A program made the translations under genes and the position numbers. The notes beneath the pieces were generated by a model, which worked only from the letters and a program-made list of their open reading frames with translations, was not told where the DNA came from and ran no database searches. A stretch of 64,000 nucleotides of DNA from Eledone cirrhosa (Eukaryota), in NCBI GenBank assembly GCA_964016885.1, contig OZ024755.1:14570001-14634000 (forward strand), written 5' to 3'. This document shows, one piece after another, positions 13,930 through 31,499 of the stretch. How positions within the stretch are numbered: position 1 is the stretch's first letter; every line of letters starts with the position of its first letter.

Positions 13930-15830
13930 TTGTTGTTGCTGCTGCATTTCTTGTTGTTGTTGGTGGCCGTGTTGCTACTGCTGATATTGTTGTTTCTGCT
14001 GCTGCTTCTGTTGTATCTGTTACAGTTGCTGATGCTGCTTCTGTTATTGTTGGTGATGGTGTTGTTGTTGGTGGTGGTAGTGTTGTTCTCGTTGCTGCTG
14101 TTGTTGTTGGTGTTGTTGTTGGGGGTGGTGCTTATGCAGCTGCTGCTGTTATTTTCATTGGTGGCTGTGTTGTTCTTGTTGTGTCGGTGCTGGTGTTTAT
14201 GCTGTTGGTGTTGTTGTTGGTGATGGCGTTCCTGATTGTGTTCCTACTGCTGCTGCTGCAGGATTTGTTATTTGTATTATTGTAGTTGTTCTTGAAGCTG
14301 CTGTTGTTTATGTTGTTGTTGTTGTTACTGTTGTTGGTAATCCTGCTGCTGCTGATATTATTGCTGCTGCTACTGCTATGGATTATGTCGTTGGTATTAT
14401 TGTTGAAGTGGTTGCTACTGTTGTTAATGTTGTTGTTGCGGGTATTATTGCTGATGTTGTTGTGCCTGTTGTTGTTATGGTTGTATTTGCTGCTGTTGCT
14501 GATGTTGATGTTGTTGCGGTGGTAGTGGTTGTTACTATTGCTACTGTTACTGTTGTTGTTGTTGCTGTATGGTAGTGTTTGTTGTTGATGTAGTGGTAGT
14601 GTTTGTTACTGTTGCTACTGTTGCTCATCTTGTGGTTGTTGATTTGGTGGTAGTGTTTGCTACTGTTACTGTTGTTGTTGTTGTTACTGTTGTGGTAGTG
14701 TTTGTTACTGTTGTGGTAGTGTTTGCTACTGTTACTGATGTTGTTATTACTATTGTGGTAGTGTTTGCTACTGTTGCTGTTGTTGCTGTGATGATAGTGT
14801 TTGTTACTGGTGTTGTTGTTGTTACTGTTGTGGTAGTGTTTGCTACTGTTGCTGTTGTTGCTGTGATGACAGTGTTTGTTACTGGTGTTGTTGTTGTTAC
14901 TGTTGTGGTAGTGTTTGCTACTGTTGCTGTTGTTGCTGGGATGGTTGTTGTTGTTATTGTTGTGGTAGTGTTTGTTGCTGTTGTTGCTGTTGTTGTTGCT
15001 GTTGTTGCTGTTGTTGCTGTTGTTGTTGTTGTTGCTGCTGTGATGGTTGGTGTTGTTACTGTTGTGGTAGTGTTTGCTACTGTTGCTGTTGTTGCTGTTA
15101 TGGTTGTGGAAGTGTTTGCTGCTGTTGCTGTTGTTGCTGTTGTTGTTGCTGTGATGGTTGTGAAAGTGTTTGCTGCTGTTGCTGTTGTTGCTGTTGTTGT
15201 TGCTGTGATGGTTGGTGTTGTTACTGTTGTGGTAGTGTTTGCTACTGTTGCTGTTGTTGCCGTTGTTGTTGTTGCTGTGATGGTTGTTGTTGTTGCTGTT
15301 GTTGTTGTTGTGATGGTTGTTGTTGTTGCTGTTGTTGTTGTTACTGTTGTGGTAGTGCTTGCTATTGTTGTTGTTGTTGTTGCTGTGATGGTAGTGTTTG
15401 TTACTGGTGTTGTTGTTACTGTTGTGGTAGTGTTTGCTACTGTTGCTGATATTTTTGTTATTGTGTGTTTGCTGTTACGGCTATAGCTGCTGTGCTTGCT
15501 ATTATTGTTGTTTGTGTTGCTGTTGTTAGTCTTGTTGTTGATGGTATTATTGCTGTTGTGGCATCAGCTGGTATATTTGTTGCTGTGGTTGCTGTTGTTA
15601 CTTTTGTTGTTAATGGTATTATTGCTGTTGTGGCATCAGCTGGTACATTTGTTGTTGTGGTTGCTGTTGTTAATCTTGTTGTAGATGGTATTATTGCTGT
15701 TGTTGTGGCATCAGCTGGTATATTTGTTGTTGTGGTTGTTGTTGTTACTCTTTTCTTGATGGTATTATTGCTGATTCTGTTGTTGTTGTTATTGGGTTTG
15801 TTGTTGTTGGTTTTGTTGTTGCTGTCAGTG
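13930..15830. repeat. Imperfect (GTT/GCT)n trinucleotide satellite with higher-order ~60-70 bp units
   Basis: Recurrent GTGGTAGTGTTTGCTACTGTT and GTGGCATCAGCTGGTA units. Confidence 0.9.
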
Positions 15831-16087
15831 ACAACGGCAGTCAATGACACTAACAACATGCAAGATAGAGAGAGAGAGAAAAATAGAGAGAGAGGGAAGG
15901 ATGGAGAGAGAGACCATGATAACGTTAGTGGTGGTAGTGATAATGGTGGTGGTGGTGGTGGTGTTGTTGATGGTGATGTTAGTAGTGGTGATGGCGGCGG
16001 TGTTGTGATGATGATGATAGCGGTGGTGGTGAATGGCTTGGTGGTTGTAGTAATGGTAATGTTGATGATGGTGATTATTATAATGAT

Positions 16088-16273
16088 GGTGGTGGATTGG
16101 CAGTATCCGTGGAGGGTCGGATATCATGCTTTGCAGTAGAGAGTTACGACTCTTTACGTTCTGAGTTCAAATCCCGCCGAGGTTAACTTTGCCTTTCATA
16201 TTTAAGGGGTCGATAAAATAAAGTACCAGTAATGCACTGGGATCATTGCCTGGCCTTGTGCCAAAAGTAGAAA
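16088..16273 (+). mobile_element. tRNA-derived SINE with Meta-like central domain
   Basis: A-box-like TGGCAGTATCCG, B-box GAGTTCAAATCC, core GCCTTTCAT...GGGGTCGATAAAATAAAGTACCAG, tail GGCCTTGTGCCAAAAGTAGAAAC. Multiple copies in the window. Confidence 0.85.
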
Positions 16274-16279
16274 CAATTA

Positions 16280-16950
16280 TTATAATGATGGTGACAGTAG
16301 TGATGATGTTAACGATGATGGTGAAGATGATGATGTTGGTGACGATGTTAGTGATCATGATGATGATGATAGTGATGCTGATGCTGGTGGTGGTGGTGAT
16401 GATGATGATGGCGATGATAATAATAGTGTATGACCATGATAATATCGATATTTATGATAACGAAAATGACGCAGAAGCTGGTGCTAATGACACTGACGAT
16501 AATAAAGATGATAGCGATGATGATGATGATGATGGCAGCAGTTGGATTTTTATTCATGGTGATGATGATGAAATTGATAGGGGTGGGAGTGGGGAATGAT
16601 GGTAGTACTATAACCATGACAATTAGAATGATGGTGATGATGATTATTGTGATGAGGATTTTGATGAAGTTGATGATGATGATGTTGATAATGCTCCTGA
16701 CAATGATGATGAAGCTGCTGCTGCTGATGATCATGATGATGATCATGATGATGATCATGATGATGTTCATGATCATGATGGTGACGAGGATGGTGATGAT
16801 GGCGATGATTAAAAGGATGATGGTGATGGTGGTGACGATAAGGAGGATGATGATGATGATGATGATGAGGATGATTGCTATAATGATGGTGATGATAATA
16901 ATGATGACGGTCGTGATGATGATGCTGATGATGATGATACTAATGATGTC
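16280..16950. repeat. (GAT)n microsatellite
   Basis: Direct observation. Confidence 0.95.
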
Positions 16951-18008
16951 AGATATTAAAGGTAGTTTGGATCTCAATGGTTGATTACTGTAATGAAGGT
17001 GTTTACACAGGCGGTTCCTTTACCATAATTGATAGTGTGTGTTTAAATGTGTTATACACATATACACACATACATTCACATACATTTACACACGCATAAA
17101 GACACATACACACATGCACGAGCACGCACTCACTGACGCATATGCAGAGTCATACACACACACACACACTGACACACACATAGACAGACATACTCACACA
17201 TAGTGACATATACACAGACACATGAACACACACACACACAGACACACAAATATGTATGTACACACACACACACAGTCACACGTACATATTCACTGACACA
17301 TGCACACACACATTCTGCAAATATACACACACATATACTTACACAAACAGCCATGTACACACACACATGCACAAACACATGCACAAAGGTACATAGAGAT
17401 ACACATAAAACGTGTAAATAATACTTAGTGATACGTGCACACATACTCATAATACATAATAAATACGAGGTAAAACAAACGTTTTCGTTGCCTTCATTTT
17501 GTCGTCCATTTCGCATTGTCTTAGTCTTCTTAAACATATCATTTACTACATTATATTCTATATACAATGCTTTAAGCAAGCTACATTCTAACACACACAA
17601 ACACACATATGTATACATATATTTGGCTAAGGGGGATATATGCACTTAGATATGGTACATTAATGTTAATCCATACTGGCAGATTCAGATACCTGTCTTA
17701 GTATTGTATCATAAAGACGTATAAATCCACACTGAGCCATTGTTTTTACCTAGAGCACGTTGATAAAATATGAAAGTATATTTCTTTTCGGTATAGTTGT
17801 TTCAATGTTGAGTAGGACTTACATAATAATTACCCGTTTTCTGCATGGTTTCAACATTGAGATTAGTTCTTGGCAGAATTCTTTGAAATCTATTAGATAT
17901 TAAATAAACTACTGGCAATGTCATCTCCAAACATTACACTATCAAATATTTTACTGTTGTACCACATAATGGCTTTATCTCCATTTTAATATTGTCTCTG
18001 TCGATGTG

Positions 18009-18415
18009 GGCGGTAGATTGGCAGTATCGGTAGAGCGTTAGATAACATGGTTTGCGGCATACCGTTATAGCCTTTTACCATCTGAGTTCAGATCTCGCCT
18101 TTCATCTTTACGGGGTCGATAAAATAAAGTACCACTAATGCACTGGTGTCGATGTAATCGGCGTTCTCCCTCTATTTCAAATTGCTGGCCTTGTGCTAAA
18201 AATAGAATGAATTATTTTCCCTGTGAGTTATTAGAGCGTCGAACACGTGCTTAGCAGTATTTTTTCCAGCTCTTAAGTTCTGAGTTGAAATCCAACCGAA
18301 GTTAATTTTGCCTTTCGTTCTTCAGAGGTCGATAAAATAAAGTATCAGTTAAGTACTTGGGTTGCTATTATTGATTTCCCCTTTTCCCCAAATTGCTGGC
18401 CTTGTACCTTTGTTA
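18009..18415 (+). mobile_element. Two tandem SINE copies (18009-18207; degenerate ~18225-18415)
   Basis: Same A/B-box, GTCGATAAAATAAAGTA core and TTGCTGGCCTTGT tail as 16088. Confidence 0.75.
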
Positions 18416-18889
18416 AAGAGAATTATTTTCTCTAATGACTCTCTTTAAAAATTTATTACAACCTAGCAGGCAATTGAATCTGCGTGCTTTTTTTTTTTAA
18501 AGGATATTTTCAAACATTTTCTTGGCTGCTTTCTACACCCGGATTCCATCTTATTGCATGTAACCAGATAACTTCACGCGAAATATAAATTACTGGATAT
18601 GCTTCCGCCGTTCACAAGGTTAGCATATTTGTGACAGATTCCTCATTAATATTACGATGTCTGCCATTAAGATGTTCAGTTTGGCAGTTTCCAGATTACT
18701 AATGTGTTCACCGTAGGTTTTCTGTAATGTCAGTAGATTATGTATGGCTTCAATGTTCCATTGATGGTTATTTTCACTATTCATAACTCGGTGTTCAGCA
18801 CAGGTAATCTTGTATGGGGCGTCTTTTAGTTACAACCAAGCATGGTCCTTGCTATTTCTTGTGTAGTACAGTAGTCTCCAAATATTTAT

Positions 18890-19200
18890 TTTTGTTACAA
18901 AACTCAAATATTACCGAGAGACTTATAAAGATCCTTTAAATTTTGATATTTCACCATACAAGCTGATAATACTACAGATAGACGTACAACGATACTTTAA
19001 AATGGATATTTTATAATACGAGTAAAAAATATTACTGAAAGAGGTATTAAGAACCTTAAACTTGATAGCTAACAATACAAACTCCGAATATTATTAGAAG
19101 ACATGCCTTAAGCTTGATACCTCATGATGCAAGCCCCAAAATATTAATGGGAGACATAAAAAAAACCTTTAACCTTTAACTTCACGATACGAACCAAAAG
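18890..19200 (+). repeat. Degenerate ~60-bp tandem repeat (~5 units)
   Basis: Recurring AATATTA..GAGAC..CCTTAA.CTTGATA..CA..ATACAA motif. Confidence 0.5.
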
Positions 19201-19284
19201 CGGGATTTGAACTCAAGGACCAGAAATAAATATCTAACGTTCTAATATATATTTAAATAGAGAAGCTTGTATGTGCATATATAT

Positions 19285-19367
<83 letters not shown>

Positions 19368-19829
19368 CACCAATTACATTAAATTTCGTCTCATTTCTAC
19401 TGCTACGTCGTTTCTCAGGTATTAACCCTCTCTCAACGTACGTCTACTTAAATAATCTCTCTCAGACAGTTTTAACTACCGCAGCTCAACTATTCTATGA
19501 TACATCGAGCTTGAGGTCACTAACATTTTTATGGTGTGTTGCAATAAACAAATGAGCGTAAATTGCCTACTTGTAATTGTGTATGTGTACGATATTGCGT
19601 ACATATGATTGTGTATTTAGATTTGTAGACGTACTTATGCTAATATAAGGATTTCATAGCAAATTTCAAGTTATTTCAGTAATGTAGATCGAGTGGTATG
19701 GAGATGCACAGACACGTATCTGTATATATACATATATAAACATGTGTATATCATATATATATATATATATATATAATATATTCTTTCTTGAATATTATAT
19801 ATATCTGTATACGCGTCCCATATTATGTA

Positions 19830-19875
<46 letters not shown>

Positions 19876-19879
<4 letters not shown>

Positions 19880-20048
19880 TATAACAAAGGAATTGTGGTA
19901 AGGAACCAGATGGACCATAACGCACCAGAGTACTCAATACTTAGGGTAGTAGAGTGGGAAATAGGAAAAAGTAAGACACCGACGGCAGAGCTCAAGCCGT
20001 TTCGACGGCTATTTCTGGACTAAATTAGAATTTTCAGCCTGGTGAATA
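19876..20048. mobile_element. Interspersed repeat in TA context, homologous to 24901-25036
   Basis: Shared GTGGTAAGGAACCAG.TGGACCATAACGCACCA.AGTACTCAATACTT...GAGCTCAAGCCGTTTCGACGGCTA. Confidence 0.8.
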
Positions 20049-20072
20049 TATATAAGTAGTTCCACAACAGTT

Positions 20073-22434
<2,362 letters not shown>

Positions 22435-22559
22435 CATGGATTAGAGGAAAACGTGGTCGACTCATGATTGCATATTCAATTACGGGTGGCTTGTTTTGTC
22501 CTTGTGCAAGCCACTATATTTCATGTTGCTTCTGTCAACTCAGATGGTAATATTGAGTT

Positions 22560-22742
22560 GTAACCCTGCTTCAACCTTGTTAAACGCTGTATAACGCTGA
22601 ATCTATCTGAGAACTTTATGTTAAAGATCGCCTCGCTGTGCTTATAACATACATTTTCCGCTACTGGCATGTTAATTTCATGACCAGATTATTTAGTTGA
22701 CCGGCTTAGCTGGAACACAGGTCCATAGAACCGACAGAGGTT
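22560..22742 (-). mobile_element. Degenerate copy of a second SINE-like repeat, homologous to 56361-56480
   Basis: Reverse complement shares GTCGGTT...TCAAC...TCATGAAATTAAC.TG with the 56.4-kb copy. Confidence 0.45.
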
Positions 22743-23409
22743 CAACATACACAGACATATACACATGAACCCCTTTTTCCTTGTGGAGTTGTAAGGATGT
22801 CATAGTGACGTAATACAGGGGCCATTGAAACTTGGAGGAGCCCGTTCCTTTCCAGATTTTAACATAGCTAGTTTCTTGCAGAGTGAGACAGAGAGAAAGG
22901 GAAGAATATAGAGATAGAGACAGAGACTGAAAAAAAAGCGACTGTACCAGAGAGAGATGGGGAGAGAGAGAAAGGTTGTGAGAGAGGGGAGGAAGAAAAT
23001 GAGAGAGATCATGAGAGAGAGAAAGAGAACATAAGGGGTATATGTGTATCTGCGTATACATCTAGCACTGAATTGCTATTCGTACAGCTAAGTCTATTTT
23101 CAGTAACTAACTCTTTCCCTGCCTGAATCTACCTTGGCAACCCCAGGTTCAGTATTAAATTCCACCTCTCACCTCTTCTATATTCTACCATGAATACCGG
23201 GTAGATAGCACCCAGCAACAGTCCAATACAGTAACCAGCTAATTTTCATTATCTCACATAACAACCACCCGTTGTTGTTCACTGATGACTCTGTGCGCGG
23301 CGCTTGTGTGTTTGTGGGTATATATATATATATAATAATAATAATAATAAAAAGGCCGATTTGTTATGACTTCATTGTATATATATATTGTATATTGTGT
23401 GTGTGTGTA

Positions 23410-23948
23410 TGTGTATATATATATATATATACATATATACATATATATACATATATATACATAAATATATATATATATACATATATATAAATATATATAT
23501 AAATATATATATACATATATATACATAAATATATATATATATACATATATATAAATATATATATAAATATATATATACATATATATACATATATATACAT
23601 AAATATATATATATACATATATATATAAATATATATATAAATATATATATACATATATATAAATATATATATAAATATATATATATACATATATATAAAT
23701 ATATATACATATATATATACATATATATATATACATATATATATATACATATATATATATACATATATATATATACATATATATATATACATATATATAT
23801 ATACATATATATATATAAATATATACATATACATATATATATACATATATATATACATATATATATAAATATATATATATAAATATATATACATATATAT
23901 ATACATATATATACATATATATAAATATTTATATATACATATATATAC

Positions 23949-23979
<31 letters not shown>

Positions 23980-24004
23980 AATATTTATATATACATATAT
24001 ATAC

Positions 24005-24035
<31 letters not shown>

Positions 24036-24194
24036 AATAGATATATATACATATATATACATATATATATATATACATATATATACATATATATATATAT
24101 ACATATATATACATATATATAAATATATACATATATATACATATATATACATATATATATATATATACATATATATACATATATATACATATAA

Positions 24195-24230
<36 letters not shown>

Positions 24231-24446
24231 GTACATATATATACATATATATATATAAATATATATATATACATATATATACATATATATATATGTACAT
24301 ATATATACATATATATATATATATGTACATATATATACATATATATATATAAATATATATATATACATATATATATATAGAGAGAGAAAATTAGTACATT
24401 TATCAACAGATGATTTTTAATTTTTTAAATTTTCTTATTTTACGTC

Positions 24447-24539
<93 letters not shown>

Positions 24540-24598
24540 CATAGAGATATATATATATATATATATACATAGATATATATATATATATATATACATAG

Positions 24599-24629
<31 letters not shown>

Positions 24630-24664
24630 TATATACATAGATATATATACATATATATATATAC

Positions 24665-24695
<31 letters not shown>

Positions 24696-24742
24696 CATAT
24701 ATATATACATACATATATATATATACATATATATATACATAC

Positions 24743-24791
<49 letters not shown>

Positions 24792-24852
24792 CATATATAT
24801 ATATACATATATATATATATACATATATATATACATACATACATATATATAT

Positions 24853-24902
<50 letters not shown>

Positions 24903-25113
24903 CGAAGGAAGTGTGGTAAGGAACCAGGTGGACCATAACGCACCAAAGTACTCAATACTTGAGGTAGTAGAGTGGGTAATAGGAACCAGTAAGACCCCAA
25001 AAGCTGAGCTCAAGCCGTTTCGACGGCTAATTCTGGGAATTAGCCGTCGAAACGGCTTGAGCTCAGCTGTCGGGGTCTTACTGGTTCCTATATATATATA
25101 TATATATATATAC

Positions 25114-25162
<49 letters not shown>

Positions 25163-25449
25163 CATATATATATACACACATATATATATACACATATATA
25201 CACATATATATATACATATATATATATATACATATATATATACACACATATATATATACACATATATACACATATATATATACACACATATATATATACA
25301 TATATATATACACACATATATATATACATATATATATACACACATATATATATACACATATATACACACACATATATATATACACATATATACACACATA
25401 TATGTACACATATATACACACATATATATATACATAAATATATATACAC

Positions 25450-25480
<31 letters not shown>

Positions 25481-25490
25481 CATACACACA
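23410..25490. repeat. (TA)n arrays with CA / AA interruptions
   Basis: Direct observation; interrupted by the element at 24901-25091. Confidence 0.95.
24901..25091. mobile_element. Interspersed repeat with terminal fold-back (palindrome 24979-25091, 55-bp arms, 3-nt loop)
   Basis: ATAGGAACCAG...GGCTAATTC-TGG-GAATTAGCC...CTGGTTCCTAT. A non-inverted homolog lies at 19876-20048. Confidence 0.85.
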
Positions 25491-25789
25491 CAGACACACA
25501 CGCATAGAATCGCTGACACACAAAAATACACACAGAGACACGGGAAGGATGACAGTGTCCCACAGCAAACATCACTAAAACATATGAAGTTCCATCAACA
25601 CACACACGCACACACATATATATATTTGGAAACACACACATTTATACATACCTACATCCCTTTTACACAAATCCAGACAGTTAGCCACATCTGTACACAT
25701 ACATAAGATACACATACACACACACACAGCAACAATTCACAATGAAGGCACTAATAATGATAATGCTACCAAAAATAATAATGGTTCGT

Positions 25790-26152
25790 TTATACAATCG
25801 GCACCAGTATATAACAGGTACTATATTTGATCGACCCTGGACGGGTGTTTGATCGACCCTGGATAGGTGAAAGGTATAGTTGACTTTGGTATGATTTGAA
25901 CTCAGAACGTAAAAGGTCGGAACTAAATGCCACAACGCATATTATTTGACACTCTAATGATTCTGCCAACAACAGCAGCAACAATAATAATAATTGATTT
26001 TGACTTAGGCAGAAGGCCATCAATTTTGGGAGAGGGGGAAGTCGATTAAATCGACCCCAGTGTGTTACTAGTACTTTATTTTATCGACCTCATAAGGATG
26101 AAAGGCAAAGCTAACCTCATCGGGATTTAAACTTAGAACGTAAAGGGTCGTA
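25790..26152 (-). mobile_element. Two degenerate SINE copies
   Basis: Reverse-complement motifs TACTTTATTTTATCGACC, GGATGAAAGGC, GATTTGAACTCAGAACGT. Confidence 0.7.
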
Positions 26153-26598
26153 TAATAATAATAATAATAGTAATATTAATACGAATAATAACCACGTTGG
26201 TTGTAAGCAGCTGGATTGTCGCCTAGCGACGATCTTCTTACACTATACATACCCCACCCTTCTACGACACTCCATTACCTAAAATCCTTTATATTCCAGT
26301 ATAGTAAAATAACTCAGCCCTATTGCTGAAAATCAATTTGTTCTAAATCGGTTTTACACAATTTTGTCTCGTTCGAATTGACAGAATGATTGACCCCACC
26401 ACTCCACCCCTACCACCGAGGAAAGGGAGATAAACTAGAAATAAGAGCCAAAGAGAAATGCAGAAGGCAGAAAAAGAAGGAAGAAGAAAAGAACGATAAG
26501 GGTCATGAATAAGAAAACGAAGACTAAGAAAACGAAGAATAAGACAATGAAGGAGAGGAGATGAAGATAGAAATAAAACTACATAAAGATAAAAATGA

Positions 26599-26659
<61 letters not shown>

Positions 26660-26747
26660 GAAATGGCCTCTACAGGACTAGATTAAATGATTATACACTG
26701 CTGTGTTGAGTACCTTAATTACTGTGGTTACCCCCGATTGAACAACT

Positions 26748-26868
<121 letters not shown>

Positions 26869-28004
26869 AAATTGCAAAGTGGAAGAGAACAAAGAAAAAT
26901 CAGCAGCATCAGCAACAATAGCAGCAGCATTGATAGTTCCTACATATAGTACTGTATAATCTAAATTGTCTATATTTTATCATCATATGAGTGTACAGAG
27001 GAAATTACACTTGTTTAATTGTAATGGTTATAATATCTTATGTAACAGTGGTGGTGGGGTGTCGATTAAATTGACCCCAGTAGTCGAATTTGATCTATTC
27101 TGTAAGGATGTAACTGAAATTTGACTTCAGGACATTCAGAGCCCGAACAAATAACTCGAAGCATTTTTTTGATGCTCAAATGATGACAAAAAAACCCCCC
27201 CTCAAAACTAAAACAATTTCACATGACTTGATATTGTTGTTTATATTGTTGTTGCTGATGTTGTCATTGTGGTTATATTTGTTGTTGTTACTGCTGTTGT
27301 TTAGCTCCATACCAATATGAGATCTATGATAAAACACATTTGAGCAATGGCTATGCTGTTATTTTTTATACATAAGATCAGGGTCCCTAAAAATGTGCTC
27401 ACCCTGTACCTTGTCCCGAGGCACAGAGAGCTTTGAGAGAAGCTCACTCAACAATCGGGTACCGAAAATAATCTTGTTAGAACTTGCTAAATTCTCTCGG
27501 AAGTTCTGTGTAGAACATTGATATTTTATCAACGTGCTCACCACTTTTTAAACATGCTATGGTATGATTTGTTGTGGGTGTTTGACTCTTATTTCCAGTA
27601 CGTTCAGAACTGATATATGTTCAAAGACATCCCAATCGTGACAATTCTATCATTTTCTTCCTACTTACAGATAATCAAGAACGACATTATCCAACTAGTT
27701 ATAATATAACACTGACTTATAATCTTAATAGTATCAGTCGAACGTCTATTATATAGATCACTCTTCCAACACACTTCCTTAAGTAGTAAGAGGCTAGCAA
27801 TTATTTCTCTTGTAAATGAGGATATAATGCAGATCACCTTAGTTCAGATTATAATTGTTTACTCTATAATACTTAGATATGTTACCAATCTAAGAAAATG
27901 TTTCCTCATAGATTACCTCCTACATGAGATCATTCGAATTTGTTGTTGTTTATTCGTCCCTTAAAGTTGTGCCTAAATCAGAAACCACTATTATTATTAT
28001 TATT

Positions 28005-28240
28005 AACTTTGCCTTTCATCCTTACGGGGTCGGGATCTGAACTCAGATCGTAAAGGGACGTAACTATGCTGGAAAGCATGGCGTCCGACCCTCTACCGAT
28101 ACTGCCATTCCCTTATAATAATGGTTTCTGATTTAGACACAAGGCCATCGATTGTGGAGTAAGAGGAAGTCGATTAAATTGACGCCAGGCTGCAACTATA
28201 TGCCGTAAAGCATGTTGTTCGACGCTCTACCGATACTGAC
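28005..28240. mobile_element. Rearranged SINE fragments in both orientations
   Basis: A plus-strand GCCTTTCATCCTTACGGGGTCG is fused directly to a minus-strand head GGATCTGAACTCAG...CTCTACCGATACTGCCA, followed by a second minus fragment. Confidence 0.65.
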
Positions 28241-28775
28241 AGAGGTTATCTTAAGCGAATAGACCTCCATCCACGAATTACTTTCATATAAAAGACAGTC
28301 CTGTTTTAACTATCTAACGTATATTTGGACATATACTCAGGACAGTAGTGTCACTGAGGAGACTCGACAGGCAATAGAAGATCATGGAATTATGTTTACT
28401 CCACAAACTATCATTAGAAAAAAAAACCTGCTCTAGCTATCTCTATATAAACTTCATTCTAAATTTAATAAATTCATCAGTTCAGGTTGCTGGAATTGCC
28501 TTTAGCTGAAGACGTGCAGTGGAGGTTAACATTTATATTTTTATTGTTGTGATGGTTTTACGTTATTGTTGAGCAGTTTTCTATTATCGCCTTCATTGTT
28601 CGAATGGGTGACATCATGTTCGTAGGGGAATATATGAATACTTTTGTGGTAATTGCTAATGTATTATTTGAAAAGTAGCTCTCCTCTAAATTAAGAAGTG
28701 CGCAGTGTTATCACACACACATATACATATATATATATATACAAGTAGGAGAGATTGAGAGAGATACATACATGC

Positions 28776-28807
<32 letters not shown>

Positions 28808-29052
28808 CTCTCTCTCTCTCTCTTATATATATATATTTATATATATATATATATATGTGTGTGTGTGACTGACTGCCTTAATGCTGGAGCGGATCTGCGT
28901 GTGTTGTGTGTATTTTTCTGACATCGTTTACGCATGGCTGGTTGTGGTACGGGTGGTTACCTGAATGCAACAGACTAAGTTAAGCTATTAATAAGAAGAA
29001 TACATCAATAATTCAGTTCCTTTCACACATGCACACACACTTGTATATATAC

Positions 29053-29089
<37 letters not shown>

Positions 29090-29783
29090 TGTGATGTTTA
29101 TATATATATATATATATACACATATGAGTATATATATTTATTTGTATATATGAATGGGATGTATATATTAGTATATATATACACACGCAGATTTATATAA
29201 GGTAAATTATTTCCGTGTGTTCTAGCCTGTACACGTGTATTGTGGATGTACCTGTTCTTTATCTATAGTGTGTGGTTTGTTTGTATGTGGAAATACGAGT
29301 ATTTATTTGTGTGAGCAAATTCATTAGCATAAAGGTGTGTGTATGTTTGTGAGGGCATGGTCGTTAACGAATGCGTACAGATGTGTTTATGCATGTGTGT
29401 GGAGTTGGGTGTGTTCAGATGTGGACGTTCGTTAATGTAAAATTGTAAAAATGTGTGCATATGTGCATGTCTTGATATGTGTGCGTTGTTTTTGTGGATG
29501 CATTCGTTAATGCAAAGCTGCCTGTAAGTGTGTTTATAGGGTCGGATGTTAATGTATTATAAGGCGTATGTGTGTGTGTTGTGTGTTAATATATGTGTAA
29601 ATAAGTGTGTATATGTTGTTATATTGTTAAACATGAATGAACAAAAAAAAATAGGAGAAAAGAAACCCACCCAAAACGCATTAAACCTCATTATCAAAAA
29701 CAATCATTTTTTCTAGTAATTTATATATATATATATATGTGTGTGTATAAACATACAAATGTATATACATATATATATGTATA

Positions 29784-29821
<38 letters not shown>

Positions 29822-29862
29822 TAGTTATATATATTCATGTATAATTATATGTATGTTTACAC

Positions 29863-29900
<38 letters not shown>

Positions 29901-30104
29901 AAACATACATATTTATATACGTACACACGCACACGCACAGACACGCACACATATATGTATATATCGAAGAACACAACAAAAATATAGATATTTGAAAGAT
30001 AGTATGTAGTTAATGAAGAGAACGACTGCTTTATCACTGTTGTCTGCAGCCCCGGGTATGTATCGACCGATGCGATTTCTAAACTGCATGATAAGGGTTA
30101 TACA

Positions 30105-30142
<38 letters not shown>

Positions 30143-30610
30143 GATCTCTGTGTGTATGCCTATGTGTGTATGTGTATGTATATCTCTCTATATAGGATTA
30201 TTTCTTGATGCAAATCGGACGTTATACCAGTCTCAAAACGGAAGTAGTCTAGTTTCTTTAAATAATAGGCCTCTCTCTTACCCTCTTACTCGTTATACAA
30301 ACACATTCATACGCACACAAACACCCACCCCATATATATATTCACATACACACACATACACACACACACACACACACACATATATATTTATTTATATTCA
30401 TACACACATATACATATGTATATTTATTTATATTTACACACACACATACACATCCGCACACACACACACATACACACACACACACACGCATGCACGCACA
30501 CACGCACACACACACAGAGACACACACATATATATATACATGTGTATACCCAGTGCTTTCACTCAGTTCATTTCTGGTTACCTGTTCCTCCACCTTAGTC
30601 TCTCTCTTTC

Positions 30611-30687
<77 letters not shown>

Positions 30688-31239
30688 GTTCGATTCACTC
30701 ACCCAACAACCACCCATACTTTCCTTCACTATCACCCAGCTTTCTCCCTTTCTCTCCTGAGGTTTCCTTCTCTTTTCTCTCATCGTTTTTCTCTCATTCT
30801 CCCTCTGACTCTTTCACTACCACCCTCTCTCTTTTCCTCGCGTTCTCTCTCCCCTATGAGCTTTCCAATCACCCTCCTCTCACCACCCTCTCTTTCTCCC
30901 ACTCATCTTCATTTTTCTCTCATCGCTCTCTTCCTTCCAATCTATTTTCACCTCGCTCTATTTTACTTCCTTTGTCTAGCCTAATCGCCAATGAACTCCC
31001 ACTCCTCTCCTAAACTAGAAGTTGCTAACGTGAAAAGCTTCATCATCAAACATGGCATCACATTGATTGCATGCAGCGTCATCTACAACCCTAGAACGTA
31101 TGTGGTTTGCATACGTATATGTGTAACTGAGTAATTCTATTAATCATATGTGCATAGGTACATACAATGATTACATGCATATATGCATACACACGAACAT
31201 ACATGTACACAAACACAGATGCACACACACATACACACA

Positions 31240-31297
<58 letters not shown>

Positions 31298-31431
31298 CAA
31301 ATAGTAATAATAAATACAAAGACCAAAATCCAAAGGGGACTCGATGTTTCAGATGATCCCGCTTGGGGTGAAGACTGAAATTTATTGATTAAACTTTTAA
31401 TCTGTACTACTAATAAATACACACTCATACA

Positions 31432-31489
<58 letters not shown>

Positions 31490-31499
31490 TAGATATAGT

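Noticed and set aside
14569-15486. Poly-Val/Leu 'membrane protein' ORFs
   Set aside because: Product of the (GTT)n microsatellite.
16088-16273. tRNA gene
   Set aside because: A and B boxes are present but there is no cloverleaf, and a repeated SINE body follows.
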